Assembly (NCBI GenBank): GCA_964188305.1
Contig: OZ076895.1
Reading direction: 5' to 3' (one strand)
DNA from: Podarcis bocagei
Taxonomy: Eukaryota
DNA: 64,000 nt
The notes beneath the pieces are model-generated. The model had not been told where the DNA came from, ran no database searches, and worked only from the letters and a program-made list of their open reading frames with translations. The translations under genes were made by a program, and so were the position numbers. How positions within the stretch are numbered: the first letter of the stretch is position 1; every line of letters starts with the position of its first letter. Shown one piece after another: positions 50,254 through 63,800 of this stretch.

Positions 50254-51944
50254 CTTAAAAAGAAACACACAAAACATGGAAAAGTTTGTTTTCAGGAACT
50301 GCCCTCATGCTCATCTAAATTAGTCGACCTTAGCTCTGAATAAATGCCAGTCTGAGTAGGATCAGAATGCTGCAGTTTTTTAAGAGCTGCTTACTCCCTT
50401 CCCCCTTTTTTTGGATGTTGATATGCATGGGCAGATAGGTTGGTAACTTCTATGGAGTTACTTAGAAGACTGCACAAGTGAGAAGCATGGTACCAGTCAC
50501 AGTCCAGGATAGGTGTTTCTTTCCCCTATGCAATACACAGCAACCCCAAGGTTCAACACTGTGAGGAAAACTCATGGAATCTTCAAATGAGACATCTTTA
50601 TTGGGGTTTAAATCCATCCTACCTAATGCCCCACCCCACCCAGAATTCCCAGTTTCTGATGCCCAAAGCGACAGAGGGGAACAACCCTTTCTGACCCAAG
50701 TAAGCTGCAATTGCTACTAGTCTAAGGTAGTTATTCAACATTCTACTTTGTCACCAGTCTACTACTGAAATTTACAGACAGGACCAAACTTCTTCCAACA
50801 GAGACTGTAAGCCAAACCGCACTATTACAAAACAATATTGCACAGTTTTCTTGAGATTTACCAGGCTTCCACCTCTGGATTACTCTGAATATCCCACAAG
50901 CAAGACATGGACAAGAGCTCTCCTTTGTTGTTTGTCTACAGTCTTCTGCCTCCTATGCATAGAATTTTAACTCGCCAGTTTAACTTAGAAGGGAAAGGTC
51001 ATGTTAACTACATTTTAAGTTCCAAGGCCTGGAAACAAAAACAGCAGGACTTCGTACCTAATCAGTATATACGGTACTTAAATAAACCATTGTTTGGCTG
51101 TGCCAGGGACTCCTTAACAACTAAACCTGCCATGCGAGGGCTTTGGAACCAAGGCGAGAAAATGCAGCTTGATTATGACTGCATTAGCTTTGTGATAAGC
51201 TACCTGCCCTACCCAAATGCCCAACCCTAGAACCAAGGAGGATGCAACATGCTACCTTTTTAAAAAAAAATTGAGCCAAATCTCTCCATGTATATATCGG
51301 TGGACCTTTTTCAGCCACATTACTTCTCAGCCATTTTGAAAATGATGGTATCTCTGCAATGCCATAAGTCTGCAACTGCTCCTATGAAGTCCTATATGAA
51401 AAACAACCTTCACCTTCACAGAACGCTGTTTTTACTTTTATGAATTCCAGGAACAGCAGCTTTTGTGACCTCCTCACCATTCCCAGAAATCTCGCATTCT
51501 TACTAACGGTTCTTTTATTTTTCATATCTTTATGGTTCAAAATGGGTTATGGCTACTTTTTACAGCAAGCAGAAAAGCTTTAAATATTTTCCAGCTGCTG
51601 TATCAAGGAAGCGTGCCAGGATGTTGATTTAATTTCCCTGGTGATAAACCAAAAGGTTTCTCTTTTGGGGGGAGTGCAGAACGGATGTGAAGCAAAATTT
51701 ATCATAAACTGAAGGATAACTATAGGAGTGAAGAGATGGGGTCCATCAGCAATGTAGCTGAATATTTTCATAATGGACCCTGAAATTAACAGTGCTATTT
51801 TGCACAGGTGTCTCCATGGGGAGAAAGAATTCGCTGCTACCAAGGTCTGTTGTATGTAACTTAATGATCCAACTGAGCCCAAAGCAGAGACACACAGCAA
51901 AACTGCCCACTCTCAATGGGGTTTCCTACTAACACTTTGCATAG

Positions 51945-52875
51945 GAATCTAAGAAGAGCCTCCTGGATCAATTTCATTGGATGTTCATGAGTTCTAGTGT
52001 TAAGAGAGAGAAATAAAAACTTTTCTCTATGCACGTTCTCCATGTCATTCATCATTTTACAAACTCCTATCATGTCACCTCTTACTTGCCTTTTCTCCAA
52101 ACCAAAAAGCCCCAAACACTGTAACCTTTCTTCAATGTGGAGTCAATTCGATCTCCTTGATCATTTGGGTTGCCCTCTTCTAAACTCTTCCCATCTCCAT
52201 GATATGCTTTTTGAGGTAAGGAAACCAGAACTGTACACAGTATTCCAAATGCAGCCACACCATAGATTTTTATAACAGCATTATGATTATTGGCAGTTTT
52301 ATTTTTAATTCCATTCCTCATGATCCCTAGCATGGAATTTGCCTTTCTCACTGGGTCAACATCTTCATAGAGTTTATTCCTAGTTCGTCATCTCATGAGC
52401 ATATCTGTGAAATTAGTATTTTTTGCCCCAACATACAACACATTACACTTGTTTACATTGTGTTTGCTATTTTACCACCCATTCACTCAGCTTGAAGTAG
52501 TCCTTTTGGAGCTCTTTACATTCTCTCTTCATCTTTAACAACCCTGAACAAGTTAGTATCATCAGCAAACCTGGCCACCTCTTTGCTCAGTTCTAGCTCT
52601 ATACTGTTCATGAAAAAGTTAAAAAACACAGGTCTCAATACGGATCCATGGGGGACTCCACCATTTCCCACCTCTCTCCATTTGGAGAACTGTCCATTTA
52701 TTCCTACTCTTTGCTTCCTGCAACTTAACCTATTTCTGGTCCTCTTCTTCTTCCCCGACTTACTCAGAAGTCTTTGTCAAAAGCTTTTTGGAAGTCCAAA
52801 TACACAATGTCAACCGGATCACTTCTATCTATATGCTGCTGACTGACACTCTCAAAGGACTCTAATAGGTTTGTG
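51945..52875 (-). mobile_element. Degenerate CR1 LINE ORF2 3' region
   Basis: Minus-strand peptides LFGLEKRQVRGDMI, KANSMLGIMRNGI, FADDT and GVPHGSVLRP. Confidence 0.85.
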
Positions 52876-53099
52876 AGTGTGCTCTGCGCTTCCCTCCTTC
52901 CAATCAGAGGGCAAGCCTAAATCAGGTAATGTAGAAAGGAATGCAAGGATCAGACAAGCATTCTATCTAGCCCAGCCTTTTCTACTCTGTCAGCAGCTCC
53001 CCAAGATCTTGGGGAGAGGGTTCTTCCCCATCACCTACTACCCTTTTTTCAAATCACAGATACCATGGATTCAGATCTTCGGCAGGCACCACACAAACA

Positions 53100-53692
53100 C
53101 TTGTTGTTGTTGTTGTTTAGTCATTTAGTAGTGTCTGACTCTTCGTGACCCCATGGACCAGAGCACGCGAGACACTTCTGTCTTCCATTGCCTCCCGCAG
53201 TTTGGTCAAACTCATGCTGGTAGTTTTGAGAACACTGCCCAACCATCTCATCCTCTGTCATCCCCTTCTCCTTGTGCCCTCCATCTTTCCCAACATCAGG
53301 GTCTTTTCCAGGGAGTCTTCTCTTCTCATGAGGTGGCCAAAGTCTTGGAGCCTCAGCTTCACGATCTGTCCTTCCAGTGAGCACTCAGGGCTGATTTCCT
53401 TAAGAATGGAGAGGTTTGATCTTCTTGCAGTCCATGGGACTCTCAAGAGTCTTCTCCAGCACCATAATTCAATTCATCAATTCTTTGGCGATCAGCCTTC
53501 TTTATGGTCCAGCTTTCACTTCCATACATCACTACTGGGAAAACCATAGCTTTTACTATATAGACCTTTGTCAGCAAGGTGATGTCTCTACTTTTTAAGA
53601 TGCTGTCTAAGTTTGTTACTGCTTTTCTCCCAAGAAGCAGGAATCTTTTAATTTCGTGGCTGCTGTCACCATCTGCAGTGATCCTGGAGCCC
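53100..53692 (-). mobile_element. Bov-B LINE 3' fragment (~590 bp)
   Basis: LGSRITADGDSSHEIKRFLLLGRKAVTNLDSILKSRDITL...; (CAA)n tail. Confidence 0.95.
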
Positions 53693-55069
53693 AGGTCCTT
53701 TTCCAAATACTTCTTCTTATACAATGTAGAAGTGGAGCACATTCCACTAATTTTAGGTTGTTGTTGTTTTAAAATAAAATATGCTTCATTGGCCTTCTGA
53801 AACCCTTTTCCGGATCTCTTGAACATCTGAGACATGTCAGGTTGGAACCAGTGTTAGAACCTGACCATTATGGAGTCCTGAATTTGGGACAACCTCCCTT
53901 GGTCTCTGATAGTTCACTCTGCAGCAAAATTGCTTTCATTCAACTGGCTTTTCTGGAATATTGTTTTAGACCATATGTTGTGCTGCTGTTTTAAAATTTG
54001 ATTGATACAGTTGGTTCTTGTTTTAGTAAGCAAAGAATTATTATTAGTAGGAATATTTATATGTTTTTAAATTTGTATGCTGCCATATGCTTTTAGAAAG
54101 GCAGAAGAGAAATTGCAGTAATAAATAAGATTAAATTAATATTGTTTCTATTATAGTAACAACAAATTTCAAACTGCATACATTTACTCAGCCATCCTTT
54201 AAATAACACCATAAAAGTCAGCCAGACCAGCCACACACACACACACACCACCACCAACAACAACAACAACTGGTTTTAAAGCCAATTTCTTTCAAGTCCT
54301 GTCACAAAATAAAGCTTGTTCTTGTATGCACAATAATGCAGAGAATTTGGAAATAAGTTGTAGATAATTGAACAAATTTCTCAGCCTGGAAAGATGCTGT
54401 TTTAGAGTTGACTGGGAAATGGACCAGCCAACCTGTCTCAGCAAGGCTCCAGATTCTTCCAATTTTAAAACCTGCCCAACCTATTCCCATGTATATCCTG
54501 CTGGTTGTAATAATTGGAGGAAATTTGAACTCAGTGGAGGTTCTAAATATTTTAATACCAAAAAGAGGAGGGAGAAAATTTTACCACAGTTATCCAGTGG
54601 TACATAGATACGGCAGCTAAATAGTATTGTTAGCAGTGGAATTTTTAGAACTTAATATGCCTAAGGAGCCATTCCTTGGTCACCTGCCAGCAGCATTGAA
54701 AGTGCAAACCCAGCATCCTAGCCAAGGAGTTTAGTGCCATGAGCGACTATAATGATAGATACATAGAGATGGTTTTCAGACTATGACTACGATTCCTATA
54801 ACTGAGCAGTACAAGACATTTAAGTCTAACAGAGCAGCCGTTTGGGATGTTATGAGGGAACTGGCCACCCTCAAATATTTCTTGGGACTTTAAAAGACTG
54901 GTTTGTTTGAGGATAAAAACAAACAAGCAAGAAGTCACTTCAACTTCTGGAAGCCTATAAAAAAAATTAAGACATTAATCAGAGGTTAAAGAAAGCAAAA
55001 AAGATCACCAACTATCTATGACAAGATCAGAAGCATTTTCCCCGCCTCTCTCTTACTCCAGAAGTAATT

Positions 55070-55406
55070 GGGATACGGGTGGCGCTGTGGTCTAAACCAC
55101 TGAGCCTCTTGGGCTTGCCGATCAGAAGGTTGGCAGTTCGAATCCCCGCAACGGGGTGAGCTCCTGTCAACCTAGCAGTTCGAAAACACGCCCAAAAGTG
55201 CAAGTAGATAAATAGGTACCACTCCAGCGGGAAGGTAAAAGGCGTTTCCATGCGCTGCTCTGGTTTCAGTGTTCCGTTGTGCCAGAAGCGGCTTAGTCAT
55301 GCTGGCAACATGACCCGGAAAAACTGTAAAGTGAAATGAGCGCTGCAACCCCAGAGTCGTCTGTGACTGGACTTAACTTGCTAGGGGCCCTTTACCTTTA
55401 CCTTTA
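55070..55406 (+). mobile_element. Sauria SINE with internal deletions
   Basis: gggatacgggtggcgctgtgg head, gttcgaatccc B-box, ctttacctttaccttt tail. Confidence 0.9.
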
Positions 55407-55879
55407 TTATCTCTATTGGGAGGAGCTAGCAGTTTCATGGAGTAATGCAAAGATCTGTGAACCATCCAAGTTAACTAGAAACTATGTGTGCACCCAAAAC
55501 ACCATGGAATTCCTTGCTTGGGTGGGCAGTGATAGGGTGTCAGAATTTCAACTCTGCAATGATAAGATTCTGAATTTTGAGTGAATAATTTCCAATGCAA
55601 TCTCATCCATCTGGCAGTTCCTCCCCAGGATCTCAGAGAGAAGTCTTTCACAGCCATCCTTGAAACCTTTTAACCGGAGATATTGTGAATTAAACCAAAT
55701 ACTTTTCAATGCAAATAATTTTCTCTATTCTTGAACTATGGCTCTACACTTCTGATGAATAGCTCGTGTGGCCTTCAATGCTGAAAAAGCTGTCCTCTCT
55801 TCCTAGATTCTTCTGAGAGAAGACCTTGCTATTTCCAAGGTTTTAAACAAGGATTTTGAACAAAAGAGAAGGGAAGAAA

Positions 55880-56130
55880 CCACATTAATATTTATTGAGA
55901 GTAAGTACATCAGTGCACTCTTAAAACTCCTGCTAGAAGCAGAAAACTGTAACTCCTGGTAGGATTTGCTTCCACCTTATCCAGGTGGGTGTAAATGGAT
56001 GGGGGTGAAGGGACAACCCAAGGTACCCCAGTCTGCTCCCTCTGACCACTCATCATCACCCCACCACCACTCCCCTGGTCTTCTTCCCCGGGAGTTCCCT
56101 TGGTGCCTCCCACCCAGCCAGTCCATGACA
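55880..56130 (-). mobile_element. Possible Gypsy-like solo-LTR remnant
   Basis: Minus strand begins TGTCATGGACTGGCTGG...GGGAGGCACC and has AATAAA at ~55891-55896; the other boundary is undefined. Confidence 0.35.
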
Positions 56131-56446
56131 TTCTACTTTCTCATCAACTTCTACCTGATGACCATTTCACCTGGAGACTTTACTTACTGAGATTGTTTTT
56201 TTCTGGTAGCCTAGCACCCAAGGTTTTATGAGGGAGAGCGAACATTTTAAAAATCCCTATTACAATAAAATGCCAAGGGGTTAATCTGCCGCATTCTGCA
56301 CGCAGAGAATGTGCTCCAACCACTAACCTACAGACCCTGTGCCCACCAAGAGTGCTCTCTATGATTCTCAAACACAGCAGATTGAGTGTTCAAAAATCCA
56401 AAGTCAGGACTTTGAATTCCTAAATATTGGAGGGATTCTCGATATA

Positions 56447-56688
56447 CAGTGGTACCTCAGGTTAAGTACTTAATTCGTTCTGGAGGTCCGTACTTAACCT
56501 GAAACTGTTCTTAACCTGAAGCACCACTTTAGCTAATGGGGCCTCCTGCTGCCACCGCGCCGCCGGAGCACGATTTCTGTTCTCATCCTGAAGCAAATTT
56601 CTTAACCTGAAGCACTATTTCTGGGTTAGCGGAGTCTGTAACCTGAAGCGTATGTAACCTGAAGCGTATGTAACCTGAGGTACCACTG
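56447..56688. mobile_element. Tc1/mariner (Tigger-like) MITE, 242 bp
   Basis: TA|cagtggtacctcaggtta ... taacctgaggtaccactg|TA, perfect 18-bp TIRs. Confidence 0.92.
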
Positions 56689-57654
56689 TACATGTTAAAC
56701 AGTAACGTAAACAGCTTGTTTCAATCCATCACATCATAATATACTTACCGGCAAGCCAATGCGGCTCCAAGGCTTATTGTGACAAAAGTGTCACCCTCCA
56801 CGGGTTGTATTCCTGAGCATTTTAGTAGTCTATGTATACCAATACAGTATAGTCCTGCAGTCGACTCGCAGGTGTGGCTCTGCCAACCTCCCCATCTTCC
56901 AGACTTACCACTGATTCTCCACCACAACAATTCCACTAAGCTGCAGCCTGCTATTCCTAAACATGATTTATTACTTTCTCTCATTCCATCTGCCCCCCCC
57001 CCATATAAAGATTGGGGGAGAGGGAACAGCCTCAACTACATTTTATCATTTGATCAGAGTCAGACACACTTAAAATATTTTTTGACTCCATAATCTGTTA
57101 TGTTTAAAATTCAAGCTGCTTTCCCCTCTCTTCTTATTTTTTGACCAGGATTCAGCAGGAGGAGGTTTGATTAATATATTTGCCATCTCCCGTATTTACT
57201 ATTTTCCCTATCTACACCAAATGCCACTGAACAGCACAGTTGCGGCACAACCCTAGGCACAAACTCCACCAAGAGAATGCAGCAGCATTTTTAGTCATGA
57301 TGTAAAATTAAAACAATATGGAGTATAACAGAAATGCTGTAAGCAATTAGACCACAACATGTCGCCTTATATTTGCATATGGTTTGCTGCCATTTCAAAA
57401 CACAGTAAAAGGCTGCCATTCACACACACCCAACAACCTTTATTCAGAGTGAGCTATTCTATCCCCCAAATATCAGAAACAATGGCTTTTAAGTCTAGTG
57501 CTTTGTCCATTCCACTACTGGGAGAATTTACATTCCCAGTATTTCCCCCACAATCTTGTCAGAGCATCCAGTGAACATCCCTTCCCTGTCCACCTCCTCT
57601 CAAACCTTTTAAGCTGGATATTTAGGCTCGTATTCACTGCTAGTTCTACTCAAA

Positions 57655-57842
57655 GTCTTCTTCTTCTTTGGTGATCACTCATAGCCAAGTAAGATTGTCT
57701 TCCATAAACACGGTTTTAACAATGAGTTCGTAAGTGACTGCGGAGGCCAATGTGGATTTGCCAAGCGTGCCTTCATCTTAGCACATTTCTCCCTTGCGTA
57801 CTGAGTTCAAGTGTCTTCAAAGCCCACGACACCTCTGGTAAA
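57655..57842 (-). mobile_element. RTE-clade 3' fragment with an internal deletion, nested in an old palindromic MITE (~57625-57930)
   Basis: Matches 8211-8460 minus a central segment. The flanks gtattca...ctactc..agtagacccattg / caatgggtctgttccgagtagg...tgaatac are mutually inverted. Confidence 0.75.
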
Positions 57843-57973
57843 GTAGACCCATTGAAGTTAATGGACATTACTAATTTAGGTTCAGTAATAGCAATGGGTC
57901 TGTTCCGAGTAGGACTTGGGTGAATACAACTCTCTGCTATTATTTGTTACTGCCAAGCCTGAGCCACAGAGGA

Positions 57974-58012
57974 AACATACTGAGCTAACATACTGAGCTA
58001 ACATACTGAGCT
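57974..58012. repeat. 13-bp tandem triplication
   Basis: (aacatactgagct)x3. Confidence 0.9.
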
Positions 58013-60779
58013 ATGATACATGTTTACTCAGAACTAATTCCCACTGTATTCAAAGAGGTTTGATCCCTAGTCAATGTACTAAAGACTTCAGCCTAAATAG
58101 CTGGGCTGATGTGGGCAGCGCTCCTGACTTCCGACAAAGGGTTGCACCTTTTGGTCCTGACACTCTCAACCTCCGTTTCCAAAGGATGTACTATAAGTAT
58201 GCAGAAGGCAATTAATGTAAAACATTTGAGCAATCATACTGAAATGAAATAAAGAACCAGGACAGAGGGCAGAAGCACCACAGAAATATCATTTCCGAAG
58301 GCAATTCAGAGATCTCATGGCTAAGCACCAAGGTCTTCTAAGCTCAATTCCATTACTCTGTTGAGTGACAACAGGAAGCAGATGAGGCAAGCTGGGGGCC
58401 AAGTGGACAGGATAAGTGGGTCTGGTGCACATAGCAGGATGCCTACTGCATCACATGCCCAAATGGCAAAATTGCCTCTAAACACACAAGGGCCTCCAAA
58501 TGACCAAAAAGCCAGTCACAGTGTGGCTGTAAACAACTTGAAATTTCATGCTGGTGTAGAAAGGTGTTGTTTCGGAATAGTGACCTGAAATCAACAAATC
58601 TATTATCATTTACTCTTAATCGCGCACACTGGGTCAATAAAACCATACAGTGTGTCCCCATATATAAACACTCATAGTGTTTATATATAGTTGTCCCCAT
58701 ATATAAACACTCGTAGACAGATTAAATATGGCATGGAAGATATTGGTACAACAAATACCTAAGGATTAAGGAGCTTTGCCAGCTCCAGCGTTGCTGTGAC
58801 TAACAAACCCTCCAGGGGCCGGTTTAACAAATTGCTCCTGATACTGGTAAACTTGTGGGTCCTCATCAAGCTAAGACACCATTGCCAGTCTTGCTTGAAA
58901 TCTGCTACATCAAAGCTCAAACAAGAGAAAATCCTACTTGGCTATTCTGAGCTGTGATATCTTTATCAATCTGCATGGGTGGGGGGGGGGAGAGAGATTG
59001 CCATTACTTCAATGAACACAAAAGGAGTCTGAATTAATTCATTATCAAATAATGTGTACACAGAATCTGGGTAATAATACGGGCTTTTCCCAGAGGGGAC
59101 CCTAAATGGATTGTCTATGCCAGCAAAGCACAAAGTACAAAGCTACAACTCCCATCTGCAGCAGAAATGATCAGATTGTTCAGAATTCGAGCTGTCAGAT
59201 GGCATTACTCAACCTGTTCATCCATAATCTTTTTCAGATGGGCTTTTCCCCACCTCCTCATTTCATTGCTTTGTTTTGACCAAGATTCAATCAAACGTGC
59301 ATTAGGCATTCGAAAGCATCCAGCGCGCTGACTCCCCAGCCGCATTAGGAAACCTCAAGACCCTGGTGTTAATTTGGTTACAGCTTTAATCCTTGCATTT
59401 CAATGCAGAAGTAGCTCCCATAAAGACGATGCTGACTGATATTGGTGAGAAAACACAGAGGGGCCCATATGTAGGAGAAACCTGAGCACCAATAACCAAG
59501 ATGGTAACTCAACCCCTCAGCAGATATTAGCAATTGTGGGAAAGCAGCCAGAACTTTAATCACAATTCTTTGAAAACACAGTCAGGGATTTGGAAATACT
59601 GTTAGCCCAGGATATGATCCTAATACCATGCTTAATCAAAGCCATGGCAGGCAACCACAGCAACCTGCAGACTTTAATAAAAACCAATTTCATAAAAGTC
59701 ACTGTGTCAAAAACATGCTGAACCCTAATTTAGTAGACTCTTGGGGAAAGGAGGAAAAGTTTACTTTTCCATATATTTCTGGGTGATCTATACCAAAAGC
59801 AACACAAGGCTGCTCCTACACTGAGAACACAGCTCGTATATAACCAGCATCTTCCAGAAAGGAACGATGATTTAATTTCCCCCTTCTTCTGCTATTTTTC
59901 TCCCCTTGTGATATTTCAAGGAGAAGGGCAGAGAATTCAATGTCAGCTGGAGCAGGAAGTAATAATTTCCTTGCTTATTCTTGTGCTGAATGACAAGCAG
60001 CAAGAAAGAGAGAGAATGGAACATGGAAACAGATTCTCTGCTTCACAAAAGGTGGCAGAGTTTCTCTCTGAGCTGCAAAGAACTGGTCTTGCACAATCTG
60101 AAAGCCTTAAGAGACAAGTGTCCAAAGGCAACTGGCTTGGTTCTGTGACTGTGTATCTGTGCATTCATCACGGTGCTTGAAACTGCAAGTGTCTCTCCAC
60201 TAGCAAGACTCCCACTTCCCAGTAAATGGGCTTGCTGCCATGAATGCCTAAATCTTTTGAGGTCTTGTTGAAATCTGATCTACAAAATTATATTTTGGTC
60301 ATATATTCAGTCTCCAGAGATATTCAGCCTAGACTGAATGGGTGCCGAGTAAAATAGGTGTATAGTCAATGTAACACTGTCCATCTCTTAAATATGGTTC
60401 AAGGATCAGAAACAAATGGCTCACATGATCCTTCACTCTTCTACTTCCCTCTCCAGAAGTAATGCTTCTCTTAACTCCTCTGGCTTTAATCTTGGTTCAT
60501 CGGTACACTTGCACTGACATTAAGCAGGGTTAGTTAACAAGTGCAAAAGCATCTAGCTAATGCTAACGATGATGTAAAACTAAAGCATTATTCAAGTCAC
60601 CAAGCTCTGTCACACACCCAGGATATGTGTTACAAAGACATGGCTTTTAGGGTGTGCAGAACTACCAGGTTCCCCACAACACTTCCCCCCCCCTTCTTTC
60701 CATAAAACCCTGTATGTAAGTGGCCTTCTATCGGCCCATATGGGACCAGCACAGGTGACTGAGCCTGGCGAACATTTAA

Positions 60780-60972
60780 TATTCCTACCCTCATGGCTAC
60801 AAGTCGTGGGTTGGCCACTTAATTTTATTTTGATTTTACTGTTATTTTGAGCTGTGTTTTAATCAATCGTTTGATTTTGTGCTTTTAATGTATTATATAT
60901 TTGATGTTAGCCGCCCTGAGCCCAGCCTTGGCCGGGGAGAGTGGGGTATAAATAAAATTTATTATTTTTATT
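60780..60972 (+). mobile_element. L2-like LINE 3' tail
   Basis: T-rich UTR, then gttagccgccctgagccc...gagtggggtataaataaaatttattatt. Confidence 0.6.
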
Positions 60973-63324
60973 AACACACAATTCTTTTCCTAACATTTTT
61001 CCATATGCTTTCGGTGCTGGTTGTTGTATTTGCAAGACATACATTCCTATGCGGCTTTTCCCATTCTTTTCAATAAACAATGTTGAAACTAAACAAATGT
61101 AAAGGCAGTAATACAGGCAGTCATGGTGGGACAATAATGCAGTCCCAAGCCACAGGGCTGCAGAACAGAGGCCAACAGGCCATCGAATAACACTGGAATG
61201 CTTGTTCAAAATAGCCAAGAACACTAGATTGGATAGCTGATGGTAGTAGATTCAACAGAGGCCCGAAATGTAAAAGGACCAGGATGCCAGCCAAACAACA
61301 CTTCTTCATAAATCTCACAACCTGATTAGAACCTCTAGTTTTTAAGATCCTTATTCTGAAAGCTAGAGGCTACAAAAATCAGGAAAAAAAAATATGTACT
61401 CATTATCAGAATGGACGTGGTATATAGTTGTGATACACATTTTTAATTTTCGGCAAATACCCAAGAACCTGCTATTCCTCCTCCATCACTTAGTCTTCAA
61501 AACACAACTATTTCAAGGAAATATCAGCTTAAACTGATTACAGGATCATCTTTCTAGAACTAATTGTATCCTGAGGTGCCACTGTTCCATAATGATCTGC
61601 CTTTCCTTTCTGCCTACTAAGTCAATTTAAGCTAGCTTGGGCCATTTCTGACTCCAAGGAAGTAAATTTTGCCATTTTGTTTAGGGATAATAAGCTAGCC
61701 TAAGATTGGAAGAGGAGTTTGGTCAGGGGAGATTTGTGTGTGAAGAAATGTCAATTCCCCGAAGGACTGAGAGGGAAAAATGGCAACCCTGATTCAAGCT
61801 GAAGTCCAGGCACTATATTTTATAATGAAGTTTCATTCCACATTCAGCCCTCGGGGGAAACTGCTCAAACTAATCAAACTGTTGTGTTGCCTTTTTTTTT
61901 TTTTTAAGTTCAAAATAAATACAATAATGTCTTCCCGCAGGTTTCGCTTGACAGCTCCTGGATATGTCCCTTTAAGGCTGGTTTTATACAACCACCCACC
62001 CAGTGCTACGAGTTATTTCATTATAAATGTATATGTCAGTGGTATATCAGTGTTCCCCTTTATATTTGCATAAAGGCATGCATTCATTTGCACTCTCTTG
62101 CTTTCTCTGGCCTGGCAGATAGCTGTAAGGGCAGACACAGCTCACTGTCGTACTGTGGCATAACCCACACATACTGCTCCCACCCCCAGGGTAAAATACC
62201 CCGGATTGGAGGTTCGTGTTTTCATCCTCACTTCCCTGAAGGAGATCAGCATGCAGTTGAAAGGGCAGTCAGTGCTCTGGCAGGGCTAGCAGGTCTCCTA
62301 CTGCCTCTGGTACTAGTGGGATGAAGAAGCAAGGTCTGTAGAACTGAATATGCTCCCTGGGGAAGACTCAATGGTATCTGAGGATTTCAGCAAGGAAGCA
62401 TTCTGGGGAGCAGCGGAGAGAAAGAAGTGTCCCTCTGGGTTGTCACATTCACAAAAACCTCTGCCCTATTAGCTCTTTCCTAAAATTCTGTCCCAAAATG
62501 GAAGGAGAGGGTCTTTTCAAGTAACCATAGGGAGGCAGCAATGGGGGTTTGGGGGTGAGATACCTGCCTGGGAGGGGACTTGCTACCTCTGGTAAATAGA
62601 CTGAGTTGATCCCCCCAATCCTGCCATTTCTCACTATAAACACTGGGTAGCCTTTCCTGGGTTCTAAAATTTCAAGATAGGCTTCATTTGGCACCAACAG
62701 AACTGTATTCATTAAAACATGGCTGACAATTTAGCATCAGGTTGAAAGGCAGAAAAGGTTATTGTGACCACAGAACGTAATGCAAGACTACCGTAGGGCT
62801 ACTACTAGCCAGTAAGGGAAAAGGACAACACTCTGGCTCATTTAAGATAGACAACCTTTTTTGGTTTATGTCAGGGCAATGAATTTGTAAGAGCTGCTAC
62901 ATTATTCACTGTGCGGTTTAATTTGGGAAAGCTTCCCGTCCGTTTTCATGCAAGCCAACAGCACCTATTTCTTCCTTGGAAATTGCTACGAAAGATAGAA
63001 AATAATGGTTTGACTTTTGTGCCCCTTCTTCTGTGTTAGACTCCTATTCGTCTTTCTCTTAGCAAGTTGACCTTTTCTCTTAAAAATTTCAATCTGTATG
63101 CCTCATTGACATTTGCTGGACCATCTGCTGCTCAGTTTCCATTCTGCCTTCACGAATATTTTTATTTCTTTCCTGTAAATTGGCACAGTCAAGGGAAATA
63201 TCTGCTGGCTAGTCCCAATAAAGAGATCCACTACAACAGAGGTACACAAGTTCTTTGGGGTTTCAGGCTACTGATATCTCGGCTCTTAAGATTTTCTGAG
63301 CCAAAAAAAGTGCTGCGCCTAGGG

Positions 63325-63800
63325 TAATTTTATTTGTTTAATTTCATTATTTATTCTTTCTCATTTATAACCCTCCATTTGTCCCTAAGGGGAGTCCAGG
63401 GCAGATGATAACCGTGAAATTATGTAAAACAATTCAAAACAACATTATAATATATTACAACCAGCAGTTACAACCAGCAATATAAAAAGGTCTTAAAACT
63501 ACTGGCCAGAAGCCTGGATTTAAAAATAAAAAAAAGTATTTACATGTTTTCTGAATACAGGTAAAGAGAAGGATTGTTTGATTTCTCTCAGGATGGATTT
63601 CCAAACCAAGTGCTACCCTAAGTGCGGTCTCCTGAAGAATGCCATGGTCCATGTTCTTTGTATTATTTCTCCTGATGGGAATCACAAGTAGGGCCTTTCT
63701 CCCAGATGATTTGATTTTAGGTTGGACGTTTCCTGTATCTTTCATTCACCAGGAATCTGAGCGGTCTGCACAAGGAGATCTCGGTCAATGGACAATGAGC
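63325..63800 (-). mobile_element. Degenerate L2-like LINE 3' fragment(s)
   Basis: tttatttg...tttataaccctccatttgtccctaaggggagtccagggcag tail on the minus strand, then ttccaaaccaagtgct...agggcctttctcccagatgat. Confidence 0.45.

Noticed and set aside
56742-56860. Possible additional EXOC4 exon (strong minus-strand donor CCG|GTAAGTA at ~56748)
   Set aside because: There is no polypyrimidine acceptor upstream and the translation does not resemble EXOC4; at most a cryptic site.
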